Assembly (NCBI GenBank): GCA_019115065.1
Contig: DXEH01000014.1
Span: forward strand, 10,683 to 74,682
Direction of reading: 5' to 3'
DNA from: Candidatus Akkermansia intestinavium
GTDB lineage: Bacteria > Verrucomicrobiota > Verrucomicrobiia > Verrucomicrobiales > Akkermansiaceae
Length of the DNA stretch: 64,000 nt
Shown here: positions 1-8,286 of the stretch, in pieces
How positions within the stretch are numbered: position 1 is the first letter of the stretch
Layout of the letters: each line of letters opens with the position of its first letter
Program-made: the position numbers and the translations under genes
Notes under the pieces: model-generated
Database searches by the model: none
What the model was told of the DNA's origin: nothing
What the model saw: only the letters and a program-made list of their open reading frames with translations

Positions 1-146
1 GCGACGCCGCGGCCCTGCGCCTCGTTGAGCAGGTCAGCATCGTGGCGGAGGAGTACAAGTGGACCACCCACACCTTCAAGACGACCGGCGAGCTCGGCGG
101 CGACGTTGCTGCCGGCTGGAACATCGCGACGGATCAGTCCGCCTGA
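1..146 (+). CDS. hcp: Hcp/TssD, C-terminal fragment (5' end outside window)
   Basis: An open frame enters the window (phase from nt 3) and stops at TGA 144-146. The terminal peptide ...GELGGDVAAGWNIATDQSA resembles the conserved Hcp1 C-terminus (..YGWNI..N..A). It heads a T6SS cluster and is followed by a strong hairpin. Confidence 0.6.
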   Translation, partial: DAAALRLVEQVSIVAEEYKWTTHTFKTTGELGGDVAAGWNIATDQSA

Positions 147-162
147 TCGGATTTCAAGCATC

Positions 163-194
163 AGAGCCGGCGACCCGGACCGGTCGCCGGCTCT
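163..194 (+). terminator. 13-bp perfect GC-rich hairpin after hcp (attenuator/terminator-like, no T-run)
   Basis: AGAGCCGGCGACC (163-175) and GGTCGCCGGCTCT (182-194) are exact reverse complements with a 6-nt loop. Confidence 0.4.
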
Positions 195-316
195 CCCGCT
201 TTCCCGTCCGGTCTCGCGTTGCCGCGCGTCCCGCGCGGCCCGCGTTCGCATGAGTCCATTGCTTTCACGCCCGTCGCTTTCGCCTTCGCCATTCCCTCTC
301 ACCCTCCCGCTCGTCC

Positions 317-1117
317 ATGGACACCCAAGAGCTCTTTCAACGCGCTGATCTCTCAGGCCTGCACAACGAAGTTGCGCAGCAGATTCGACAAAACCCGCAG
401 GACGCGTCCTCTCGCGCTCTGTTTGTGCAGATTCTCTGCCTCGAGGGAGCGTGGGAACGGGCCGACAAGCAGGCCGATGCCCTCATGAAGCTGTCGCCTT
501 CCTCGGCGCGGTTTTGCAGCACGGTCTCCCAGCTCATCCGAGCCGAGCAACGCCGCGAGTCCGTGCTCCGTGGAGAGGCGCTTCCCGTCTGGGCCGGCTC
601 CGTTCCCTCCTGGGGAGAGAGCCTGACAGCTGGCATGGCGGCCTGCACGCGCGGCGATCTGAAGGCCGGCGCTGAGGCGATCGAACGCGTCCTTGAGGCG
701 CTGCCCGTCGTTCCCGTCACCCTGAGCGGACGCAGCGAGCCTTGGCTGCTCGACGGAGATGCGCGATTCTCCGGAGTCTTGGAGCTCATCACCGGCGGCG
801 AGTACCGACTCGTTGAGCAAGCCACTGTTCAGGAGCTGGAAATCGCCGCCCCGACCCACCCGATCGAGCTTCTGTGGCCGCATGTGCGCCTGAGTCTGCG
901 CAGCGGGGAGATCCTCATCGGCCGCATGCCCGGGCGCTATCCCCTGACGGCTCAGACGTCGAGCGCGGACGCGCAGTTGCTTCTGATGCGCTCCACGGCT
1001 TGGACGGACTGCGACAACGGGCTCTATCTGGGCGAGGGCCAGCGCTGCTGGAACGCGGAAAGCGGCCCGATTCCCCTGCTCACCGAACCGGTCCTCCGCT
1101 GGGGAGAGCTTCCTTGA
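317..1117 (+). CDS. tagJ: T6SS accessory protein TagJ (ImpE family)
   Basis: 266 aa. The N-terminal TPR-like segment ...NPQDASSRALFVQILCLEGAWERADKQADALMKLSP is typical of ImpE. The gene lies between hcp and tssE. Confidence 0.7.
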   Translation: MDTQELFQRADLSGLHNEVAQQIRQNPQDASSRALFVQILCLEGAWERADKQADALMKLSPSSARFCSTVSQLIRAEQRRESVLRGEALPVWAGSVPSWGESLTAGMAACTRGDLKAGAEAIERVLEALPVVPVTLSGRSEPWLLDGDARFSGVLELITGGEYRLVEQATVQELEIAAPTHPIELLWPHVRLSLRSGEILIGRMPGRYPLTAQTSSADAQLLLMRSTAWTDCDNGLYLGEGQRCWNAESGPIPLLTEPVLRWGELP

Positions 1118-1123
1118 ACCCAC

Positions 1124-1169
1124 GGACGGCGTTTCTCGGCACGCGAAACCGTCCCCTCGCAGTTTTTTT
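1124..1169 (+). terminator. Possible terminator after tagJ
   Basis: GGACGG..TTTC / GAAACCGTCC form a stem with a 2-nt bulge. A T7 run at 1163-1169 lies 8 nt downstream. Confidence 0.3.
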
Positions 1170-1479
1170 CTCAAGGCTCTCTCCGCCAAGGCCGGACTCG
1201 TCGGCACCAGTGAGAACTCGGGCAGGCCGACGGCCTCGGTTGAACCCATTTCCCACTGACTTTATCGGACATCACCCCGACCGCTCAAGTCTTCGAACGA
1301 AATCCACGCACAAACGGACCGAGCAAACGAACCCCGAGGAGCAAGCGAACCCATACGGGATTGACCCTGCCCCCTCGCTTTCCCCTCCCCCATCCTCGCC
1401 CCTTCGTCCTCCACAATTCGCACACCGCCCTCCACCCCACCCCGCCTTAAAACGATCGACGCGTCGCTCCCTCATCTGC

Positions 1480-1983
1480 ATGCCCACCTCAGAAAAGAGC
1501 TCCAGCAAGTACCTGCCCTGTCTGCTGACGAGGCTGACGGACGAACACCCCTTCTCGGCGCAGGATGACGCCTACGGGGCGTCTTTCTCGCAGGAGCAAC
1601 TCAAGGGCGACATTCTCCGCAACCTGAGCATGCTGCTCAACTCGCACACGGCACCCGCGACCACGCAGAGGCTCATGCAGCAGTTTCCTCAGGTGGCCAC
1701 ATCCTGCTATCACTTCGGCATCGACTCCTATGCCGGCGTTACCGGCAAGGCCGAGCAGCCGCGCATCATTGCGGAAGCCGTGCGGCGAGCCATCATCAAC
1801 TTTGAGCCGAGGCTCGACCCGGCGAGCATCCTCGTGCAGGCCGATACGCGCCGCAGCTCGCACGACCGCACGGCCCTGCACCTGACCATCAGCAGCCGGC
1901 TGGCCGTCCACCCGCTGAGCGAAGACATGTATTTTCGCCTGCGCGTCGACGTCGAGACCGGCGAAGCCACCCTTCACCCCTGA
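1480..1983 (+). CDS. tssE: T6SS baseplate protein TssE (gp25-like)
   Basis: The internal ATG at 1480 of ORF 874-1983 gives 167 aa, starting MPTSEKSSSKYLPCLLTRLTDEHP... This GPW/gp25-like length and motif pattern is typical of TssE. The upstream part of the ORF is Pro/Arg-rich junk. Confidence 0.85.
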   Translation: MPTSEKSSSKYLPCLLTRLTDEHPFSAQDDAYGASFSQEQLKGDILRNLSMLLNSHTAPATTQRLMQQFPQVATSCYHFGIDSYAGVTGKAEQPRIIAEAVRRAIINFEPRLDPASILVQADTRRSSHDRTALHLTISSRLAVHPLSEDMYFRLRVDVETGEATLHP

Positions 1984-1991
1984 ACGCCGCC

Positions 1992-3746
1992 ATGGACGAC
2001 ACCTTTCTGAGGTATTACGAGAACGAGCTGGATCACCTGCGTGTGTCCTCGCAGCGCTTCGCCGCTGAGTTCCCGAAAATCGCCCGCAGGCTTCAGCTGG
2101 GCGAGCAGGAGTGCGCCGACCCCTACGTCGAGCGCCTGCTGGAGGGCGTCGCCTTTCTCACCGCCCGCATCTCGCGCAAGCTCGACGACGCTCAGGCCGA
2201 GCTGCCGGAGACCCTGCTGAACCAGATCGCCCCAGAGTTCAACGCCCCCATTGCCTCGCGCGCCGTCCTGCACCTCCGAACCGAGGAGCCCGACGCCGTT
2301 CTGCCGGCCGGCACGCCCTTCAGCGCCCCCACCTCTCTGCCGGACAAGCTCTCATGCTGCTACACCCTGCGAGAGCCCTTCACCGCCTCGGGCATCAGCA
2401 TCCGCTCCTGCGCCTGGGACGACGGCCCGGCCCTCGAACTCGCCGCTCGGGCCGGTCTCGAAGCCGAGGGAGCCCTCCGCCTGAGCCTGGACTGCGGCCC
2501 GCACGGTCCTCAGGACGACGTGAACTTCTTCATCCGCCTGCCCGAGAGCGCCGCCGGTGCCCTGCTCGAGCTGCTGACCGAGGCCTGCGCCGGCATCATC
2601 GCAGAGAGCCCCGGCCAAGGGACCTCCACCCTGCCCGCCAGTGCGCTGACGGAGCCTGCGGCCCCGCAGGACGCGATGGCCCTGCCCCCCGTGGCGGAGT
2701 ACTTCATCGCCCCCGAGCAGTTCTCCTTTTTCCGCATCCGCCACCTGCGCCGGCTGCTGCCCGAGAGCGGGTCGGCGGATCTGCTGCTGCTGCTGCGCCG
2801 CCGCCCTGATGAGCGCCTGCGCCTGCTGCTGCGCGGCGAGCAGCCCCTGCTGACCGACTGCGTGCGCGCCATCAACGTCTTTGAGCGGCGCATGGACCGA
2901 GCCCTGCCCTCGTGGAGGCCCGCCGAGCACCTCGTGGCCGACGTCACAGGCAACCAGAACTTCGAGGTCTTGCGCGTCCTCGGCGCAGCCGCCTACGATG
3001 GCGACAACGCCAAGCTCTTCGATATGTACCCCTTCTACCTCGCTGACGACCTCAGCATGCCCGGCGGCACGGAGCGCCTCAACTATTTCGCGACCCACCG
3101 CGAGGCCCCCGTCGCCCCGCCCCGCCACCGCGTCAGCCCCTATACCGGCAGCGAAGTCTACATCCAGCTCTCCGGGCCCGATTACACGGAACGCCGCGAC
3201 AGCATCGGCAGCCTCTCCGTGCGCGCCCTGTGCTCAAACCGAGACCTGCCCCTCTTTCTGCGCCGCGATGCCCGGCTGAGCGGCGAGGGCGCGCAGGCCG
3301 CCTTCGCTTCGGCGCCCGGAAGACCGCGCGCCCCGCTCACCCACCACGGGGCCCGCTGGCTGGCGCTGGCGCTCGCGCGCCTCACCCCCGCCACCCTCGC
3401 GGCCTACGGCGAGCAGGCTCTTCCCGCTGTGCTGCGCACCCTGCTGCACCACCTGCACCCGGAGGAGGACGAGGCCGCCCGCCGGCAGGTTGAGGGCATC
3501 ACGGCTGTGCGCATCGGTGCCACCTCCCGCCCCGTGCCGGTGCTCGGCGACCTCTGCGTCATGCGCGGCTGGCATTTTGACATCACGATCAACGAGCAAG
3601 CCTTCGGCGACAGCGGCGTCTACCACTTCGCGCGCGCCCTCGCCGGCTTCCTGCTCTCTCTCACTGAAATCAACAGCTTCACCACCGTCGCCGTCCGCAC
3701 CGGCACGCGGTGCATCCGCACATGGCAGCAGCAGGAACCAGCATGA
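1992..3746 (+). CDS. tssF: T6SS baseplate protein TssF (ImpG/VasA)
   Basis: 584 aa. The N-terminus MDDTFLRYYENELDHLRVSSQRFAAEFPKIARRL...DPYVERLLEGVAFLTARI is characteristic of TssF. Confidence 0.9.
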   Translation: MDDTFLRYYENELDHLRVSSQRFAAEFPKIARRLQLGEQECADPYVERLLEGVAFLTARISRKLDDAQAELPETLLNQIAPEFNAPIASRAVLHLRTEEPDAVLPAGTPFSAPTSLPDKLSCCYTLREPFTASGISIRSCAWDDGPALELAARAGLEAEGALRLSLDCGPHGPQDDVNFFIRLPESAAGALLELLTEACAGIIAESPGQGTSTLPASALTEPAAPQDAMALPPVAEYFIAPEQFSFFRIRHLRRLLPESGSADLLLLLRRRPDERLRLLLRGEQPLLTDCVRAINVFERRMDRALPSWRPAEHLVADVTGNQNFEVLRVLGAAAYDGDNAKLFDMYPFYLADDLSMPGGTERLNYFATHREAPVAPPRHRVSPYTGSEVYIQLSGPDYTERRDSIGSLSVRALCSNRDLPLFLRRDARLSGEGAQAAFASAPGRPRAPLTHHGARWLALALARLTPATLAAYGEQALPAVLRTLLHHLHPEEDEAARRQVEGITAVRIGATSRPVPVLGDLCVMRGWHFDITINEQAFGDSGVYHFARALAGFLLSLTEINSFTTVAVRTGTRCIRTWQQQEPA

Positions 3747-4780
3747 GCGACTTCGCGCGGGCCCTCAGCTCGCGCCCCGGTCTCTACTCCTTCTTCGCCG
3801 CCGTGCGGCGAATCGAGCAGCTCAGCCCCCGTTGTCCGCGCATCGGCACTGGGGCCTCCGCCCTGCAACCCTCCGTGCACTTCGCCCAGGTCCCGCACCT
3901 CTACTTCGCGCCCTCCGAGCTCTTCGGCTACGCGGCGGCCCCCGGCGGGCAGGCGGGCACCCTGCAAGTCTACTTCTTCGGTCTCTTCGGCCCCAACGGC
4001 CCCCTGCCGCTTGCCCTCACGGAATACGTCCACGAACGCAGTCGGCACTACTACGACCTCTCGATGCAGCGCTTCGCGGACATCTTTCACGACCGCCTCA
4101 CCGCCCTCTTTTACCGCGCCGGCACGGCGGCTCAGGTCGCCGTCAGCTATGACCGCGCCGACGACGACCCCCTGAGCCGCGCCGCCGCCGCCCTCTCGGG
4201 TGTCCCCGCCGACGACACGGAGGACAAGAGGGAAGACAACACGTCAGACGGCACGGAAGACTGTACAGAGGGCAGCAGTAAGGGCAGCCCCCTGCCCGGC
4301 ACCACCCCCGTCACCTACGCTCGCGAGCTCGCCGGCAAAAACCGAAAGGACTGCCTGCGCCGCCTCCTCGAGCGCTACTTCCGCCTGCCCGTCCGCATCA
4401 TCGAGAACAGCCCCACCCGCCTGCCCATCGGCGAGGACAGCCGCTGCCGCCTCGGGCGCCCCGGCGTCTGCGAGCTCGGTCGCAGCACCCTGCTGGGCGC
4501 TTCGCAGCGCAGCATCTCCGAGCGCGTCACGCTCGAGATCGGCCCGCTGAGCTACGAGCAGTACGGCCGCTTCACCCCCGGCAGCACGGGCTACCGTCGC
4601 CTGCAGGCTTGGCTTCGTCTCATGACGTCGCGCCCCCTGAGCTGGAAGCTGAACTTCCGCATCACGACCGACAGCATCCCGCCCACCGCCCTCGACGGCT
4701 CCCGTCGGCTCGGCGCCCACACCCTCTTCGCACCCACCTCCTCGCGCACCACCTGCTGCACGCACCTCATCAACTACTGA
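3743..4780 (+). CDS. tssG: T6SS baseplate protein TssG (ImpH/VasB)
   Basis: The ATG at 3743 overlaps the tssF stop (ATGA). The product starts MSDFARALSSRPGLYSFFAAVRRIEQL...LQVYFFGLFGPNGPLP, which is typical of TssG. Confidence 0.85.
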   Translation: MSDFARALSSRPGLYSFFAAVRRIEQLSPRCPRIGTGASALQPSVHFAQVPHLYFAPSELFGYAAAPGGQAGTLQVYFFGLFGPNGPLPLALTEYVHERSRHYYDLSMQRFADIFHDRLTALFYRAGTAAQVAVSYDRADDDPLSRAAAALSGVPADDTEDKREDNTSDGTEDCTEGSSKGSPLPGTTPVTYARELAGKNRKDCLRRLLERYFRLPVRIIENSPTRLPIGEDSRCRLGRPGVCELGRSTLLGASQRSISERVTLEIGPLSYEQYGRFTPGSTGYRRLQAWLRLMTSRPLSWKLNFRITTDSIPPTALDGSRRLGAHTLFAPTSSRTTCCTHLINY

Positions 4781-4795
4781 CCTCACCCCACCGAC

Positions 4796-7453
4796 ATGGC
4801 TGAAATCAAACGCACCGAACTCTTCGGCAAGCTCGACGACGTCGCCTACAAGGCCATCGAGAGCGCCACCGTCTTCTGCAAAGTCCGCGGCAACCCCTAC
4901 GTCGAACTCGTGCACTGGATGAATCAGATCATCAACACCGATGAAACGGACATCCACCTCATCCTCCGCCACTTCGAAGCCGACGCCTCCCGCCTCTCCG
5001 CCGATCTGACCACCGCGCTGGACCGCCTGCCGCGAGGCGCCACCAGCATCCGCGACTTCTCCCCGCAAATCGAGCTGGCCATCAAGGAGGCCTGGATGCT
5101 CAGCACCCTGCTCTTCAAGCGCGGCGCCATCCGCACGGGCGACCTGCTGCTCGCCTGCATGCGCACGGGCGAGCTGCGCCGCACCCTCGCCGAGATCTCC
5201 CCGCAGTTCACCAAAGTCAAGGCCGAGGAGCTCTCCGACCACTTCTACACCATCACCAACGGCAGCCGCGAGGAGGGCAGCGCCCCGGCCGACGGCACGG
5301 GGCTGGCCACCGGCAGCATCGGCAGCGAATCCGGCGCCATGGCCCCGGCCGAAATGGGCAAACAGGAGGCCCTCAAGCAGTACTGCACCGACCTCACCGA
5401 AGAGGCCCGCCAAGGCCGCCTCGATCCCGTCGTCGGCCGCGATGCCGAGGTGCGTCGCATCATCGACATCCTCCTGCGCCGCCGCCAGAACAACCCCATC
5501 CTCACCGGTGAAGCCGGCGTCGGCAAGACCGCCGTCGTCGAGGGCCTCGCCCTGCGCATCGCCAGCGGCGACATCCCGGACATGCTCAAAAACGTCCGCC
5601 TGCTCTCGCTCGACCTTCAGGGCCTTCAGGCCGGCGCCTCGATGCGCGGCGAGTTCGAGAACCGCCTCAAGCAGGTCATCGACGAAGTCAAGGCCTCGGA
5701 CACGCCCATCATCATGTTCATCGATGAGGCGCACAACCTCATCGGTGCCGGCGGCTCCGCCGGGCAGGGCGACGCCGCCAACCTGCTCAAGCCCGCGCTC
5801 GCCCGAGGCTCCTTCCGCTGCATCGCTGCCACCACCTGGAGTGAATACAAAAAATACTTCGAGAAGGATCCCGCCCTCACCCGCCGCTTCCAGAACATCC
5901 TCATTGAAGAGCCCGACGACGAAAAGGCGCACGACATGATGATCGCCGTCGGACGCGTCATGGCCCGGCACCACAAAGTCCTCATCCTCGACGAAGCCCT
6001 GCGCGCCGCCGTCACCCTCTCGCGCCGCTACCTTCCCACGCGACAGCTCCCCGACAAAGCCGTCAGCCTGCTCGACACCGCCGCCGCGCGCGTCGCCTTC
6101 TCCCAGAGCAGCGAGCCGGCGGAAATCGAAGACCTGCGGCGCTCCATCGACGCCCTCGACGCCCGCATCGCCGTGCTTGAGCACGAAGAGAAAGTCGGCC
6201 TCGAGCGCGGCGATGAGCTCGCCGAGCTCCGCCGCCAAAAAGCCGATGCCGAGCAGCACCGAGCCGCCCGCCTCGCGGACTGGCAGCGCGAAAAGGAGCT
6301 CGTGGAGCGCGTCGTCGAGCTGCGCAACAGCCTCGATGCCGACGATCTGAAGGACGAAGACGCCGAGCCCCTGCGCCGTGAGCTCAAGGAGCGTGAGACC
6401 GAACTTGCCGACCTTCAGGGGGAACACCCGCTCATCCTTCCGCAGGTCGATGCGCAGGCCGTCGCCGCCGTCATCAGCGAATGGACGGGCATCCCCACCG
6501 GGCGCATGGTCAGCAATGAGCTCGAGAACATCCTGCACCTGGCCGACACCCTGCGCGAGCGCGTCGTCGGGCAGGACCACGGCCTGCACATTATCGCCGA
6601 CCGCATCCTGAGCGCGCGCGCCTCTCTCGCCGACCCCGAGAAGCCCATCGCCGTGCTCATGCTCGCCGGCCCCAGCGGCGTCGGCAAGACGGAAACCGCC
6701 CTCGCCCTCGCCGAGGCCCTCTACGGCGGCGAGCAGAACCTCATCACCATCAACATGAGTGAGTTTCAGGAGGCGCACACCGTCTCCACCCTCAAGGGAG
6801 CGCCTCCGGGATACGTCGGCTACGGCGAAGGCGGCGTGCTCACCGAAGCCGTGCGCCGCAAGCCCTACTCCGTCGTGCTGCTCGACGAGGTGGAGAAAGC
6901 CCACAAGGACGTGCACGAAATCTTCTTCCAGGTCTTTGACAAGGGGCGCATGGAAGACGGCGAGGGGCGCCTCATCGACTTCCGCAACACCATCATCCTG
7001 CTGACCACCAACGTCGGCACCGATGAGATGATGAGCCTCTGCGCCGACCCCGAGCTCATGCCCACGCCCGAGCAGGTCGCCGACGCCATGCACGACGCCA
7101 TGCTGAAGGTCTTCCCGCCGGCCCTGCTCGGCCGCATCGTCGTCATCCCCTATTACCCGCTGTCGCAGGAAGTCATGGCCAAGATCATCGGCCTCAAGCT
7201 CGGCAAGGTCGCTCGCCGCCTCAAAGCCGGCTACGGCACCACCCTCTGCTGGGGCGACGACCTCACCGCCTTCGTCATGGATCAAGCCCGCCGCGCCGAT
7301 GCCGGGGCCCGCATCATCGACAACATCATCACCAACAGCATCCTGCCGCGCCTCAGCTCCCTCATGCTCCAGGCCACGCTTGAGCAGAAGAGCTACACCA
7401 AGGCCGCTCTTTCGGTGCAGGACGACGCCATCGCCATCACCCTCGACGCATGA
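4796..7453 (+). CDS. clpV: T6SS AAA+ ATPase ClpV (TssH)
   Basis: 885 aa with a Clp_N-like N-terminus. It has two Walker A motifs (GEAGVGKTAVVEGLA and GPSGVGKTETALALA) and a coiled-coil middle domain. Confidence 0.95.
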   Translation: MAEIKRTELFGKLDDVAYKAIESATVFCKVRGNPYVELVHWMNQIINTDETDIHLILRHFEADASRLSADLTTALDRLPRGATSIRDFSPQIELAIKEAWMLSTLLFKRGAIRTGDLLLACMRTGELRRTLAEISPQFTKVKAEELSDHFYTITNGSREEGSAPADGTGLATGSIGSESGAMAPAEMGKQEALKQYCTDLTEEARQGRLDPVVGRDAEVRRIIDILLRRRQNNPILTGEAGVGKTAVVEGLALRIASGDIPDMLKNVRLLSLDLQGLQAGASMRGEFENRLKQVIDEVKASDTPIIMFIDEAHNLIGAGGSAGQGDAANLLKPALARGSFRCIAATTWSEYKKYFEKDPALTRRFQNILIEEPDDEKAHDMMIAVGRVMARHHKVLILDEALRAAVTLSRRYLPTRQLPDKAVSLLDTAAARVAFSQSSEPAEIEDLRRSIDALDARIAVLEHEEKVGLERGDELAELRRQKADAEQHRAARLADWQREKELVERVVELRNSLDADDLKDEDAEPLRRELKERETELADLQGEHPLILPQVDAQAVAAVISEWTGIPTGRMVSNELENILHLADTLRERVVGQDHGLHIIADRILSARASLADPEKPIAVLMLAGPSGVGKTETALALAEALYGGEQNLITINMSEFQEAHTVSTLKGAPPGYVGYGEGGVLTEAVRRKPYSVVLLDEVEKAHKDVHEIFFQVFDKGRMEDGEGRLIDFRNTIILLTTNVGTDEMMSLCADPELMPTPEQVADAMHDAMLKVFPPALLGRIVVIPYYPLSQEVMAKIIGLKLGKVARRLKAGYGTTLCWGDDLTAFVMDQARRADAGARIIDNIITNSILPRLSSLMLQATLEQKSYTKAALSVQDDAIAITLDA

Positions 7454-8208
7454 GCCTCACCCTCCCATGCCGACGCCGCGCCGCCGCGGTCTGCCTGATG
7501 CTCCCCCTGCTGTCCGCCGCGGCAGCGGGGGCGGAGGTCGAGTTCGCCGACCAATTTGCCCCCGCCTGGAGCGACGCAGGCGACGCCGAGATTCGGCTGC
7601 AAAGCTCCTTGGAGATCGCTGCGGAAACCGCGTTCACAGCCCCCACCAACAAAGTCCTGACGGGCGCAGCGCCGGGCACCTCTCTGATCTTCAGCGCCGA
7701 GAGCAGCCTCAGTGAGCCGTGGGTCTGCTCCGCGAAGGGAGACATCAGCATCAACAATCTCAGCTTGGCCTCGCGATGCGGCGCCGGACTCTTCTGCGCA
7801 CAGGGGGAGCTCAGTCTCAGCTCCGTCACGCTGCTCATCGACGAGCAGACCGCCACGAACACCACCCTCTTCTGCGGGGAAGGCGGCGTTGCGCTCAGCG
7901 CCGTCACCCTAGACCTCACGCTCGACAGCACGGCGACCCTAGACCCCGGCCTCAGCTATACGCTCTTTGAAACGGGGGGAGCGGCCTTCACGGCGGAAGA
8001 TCTCCGCGCCATCACCCTCACCGGCCCGGGCGGCGCCGCCTCTCATGCCGAGCTCTCGCTAGCGGACGGAGGGCATGCCATCCGCCTCACCCTCACCCCC
8101 GAGCCCGGCAGCACCACCCTCAGCCTGCTGGCTCTCGCGGCACTGGTGCTGCGTCGCCGGCGCCCCGCCGACCGCACGGGGCGGCCGCGACGGGCCCAAA
8201 AAGGCTGA
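7450..8208 (+). CDS. Secreted PEP-CTERM-anchored repeat protein
   Basis: 252 aa. It has an N-terminal signal peptide (MLPLLSAAAAGAE) and beta-repeat-like S/T/L-rich segments. The C-terminus is PEPGSTTLSLLALAALVLRRRRP, that is a PEP motif, a TM segment and an Arg cluster. The start overlaps the clpV stop (ATGA). Confidence 0.75.
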   Translation: MSLTLPCRRRAAAVCLMLPLLSAAAAGAEVEFADQFAPAWSDAGDAEIRLQSSLEIAAETAFTAPTNKVLTGAAPGTSLIFSAESSLSEPWVCSAKGDISINNLSLASRCGAGLFCAQGELSLSSVTLLIDEQTATNTTLFCGEGGVALSAVTLDLTLDSTATLDPGLSYTLFETGGAAFTAEDLRAITLTGPGGAASHAELSLADGGHAIRLTLTPEPGSTTLSLLALAALVLRRRRPADRTGRPRRAQKG

Positions 8209-8286
8209 CGCTCTCAACCAACAGCACGGCAAACCCGCTCCTTCCCCGCATTCCGCACACAAAGCTCCCCACCACCACCCCGCACC

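Noticed and set aside
874-1479. The N-terminal 202 codons of ORF 874-1983, which would give a 369-aa TssE.
   Set aside because: The extension overlaps the tagJ 3' end and a C-rich intergenic leader, and translates to Pro/Arg-rich sequence. TssE-like sequence begins at the ATG at 1480.
1170-1479. A sigma-54 (-24/-12) promoter upstream of tssE, as is common in T6SS clusters.
   Set aside because: The only partial match is tcGGCACcagtgagaa, which lacks the TTGC -12 element. No convincing TGGCAC-N5-TTGC was seen in the T6SS intergenic regions.
4244-7285. A 1013-aa ORF on the minus strand opposite clpV.
   Set aside because: It is a shadow ORF typical of high-GC DNA. Its translation is Gly/Ala/Asp/Val-rich with no recognisable domains, while the + strand encodes an unmistakable ClpV.
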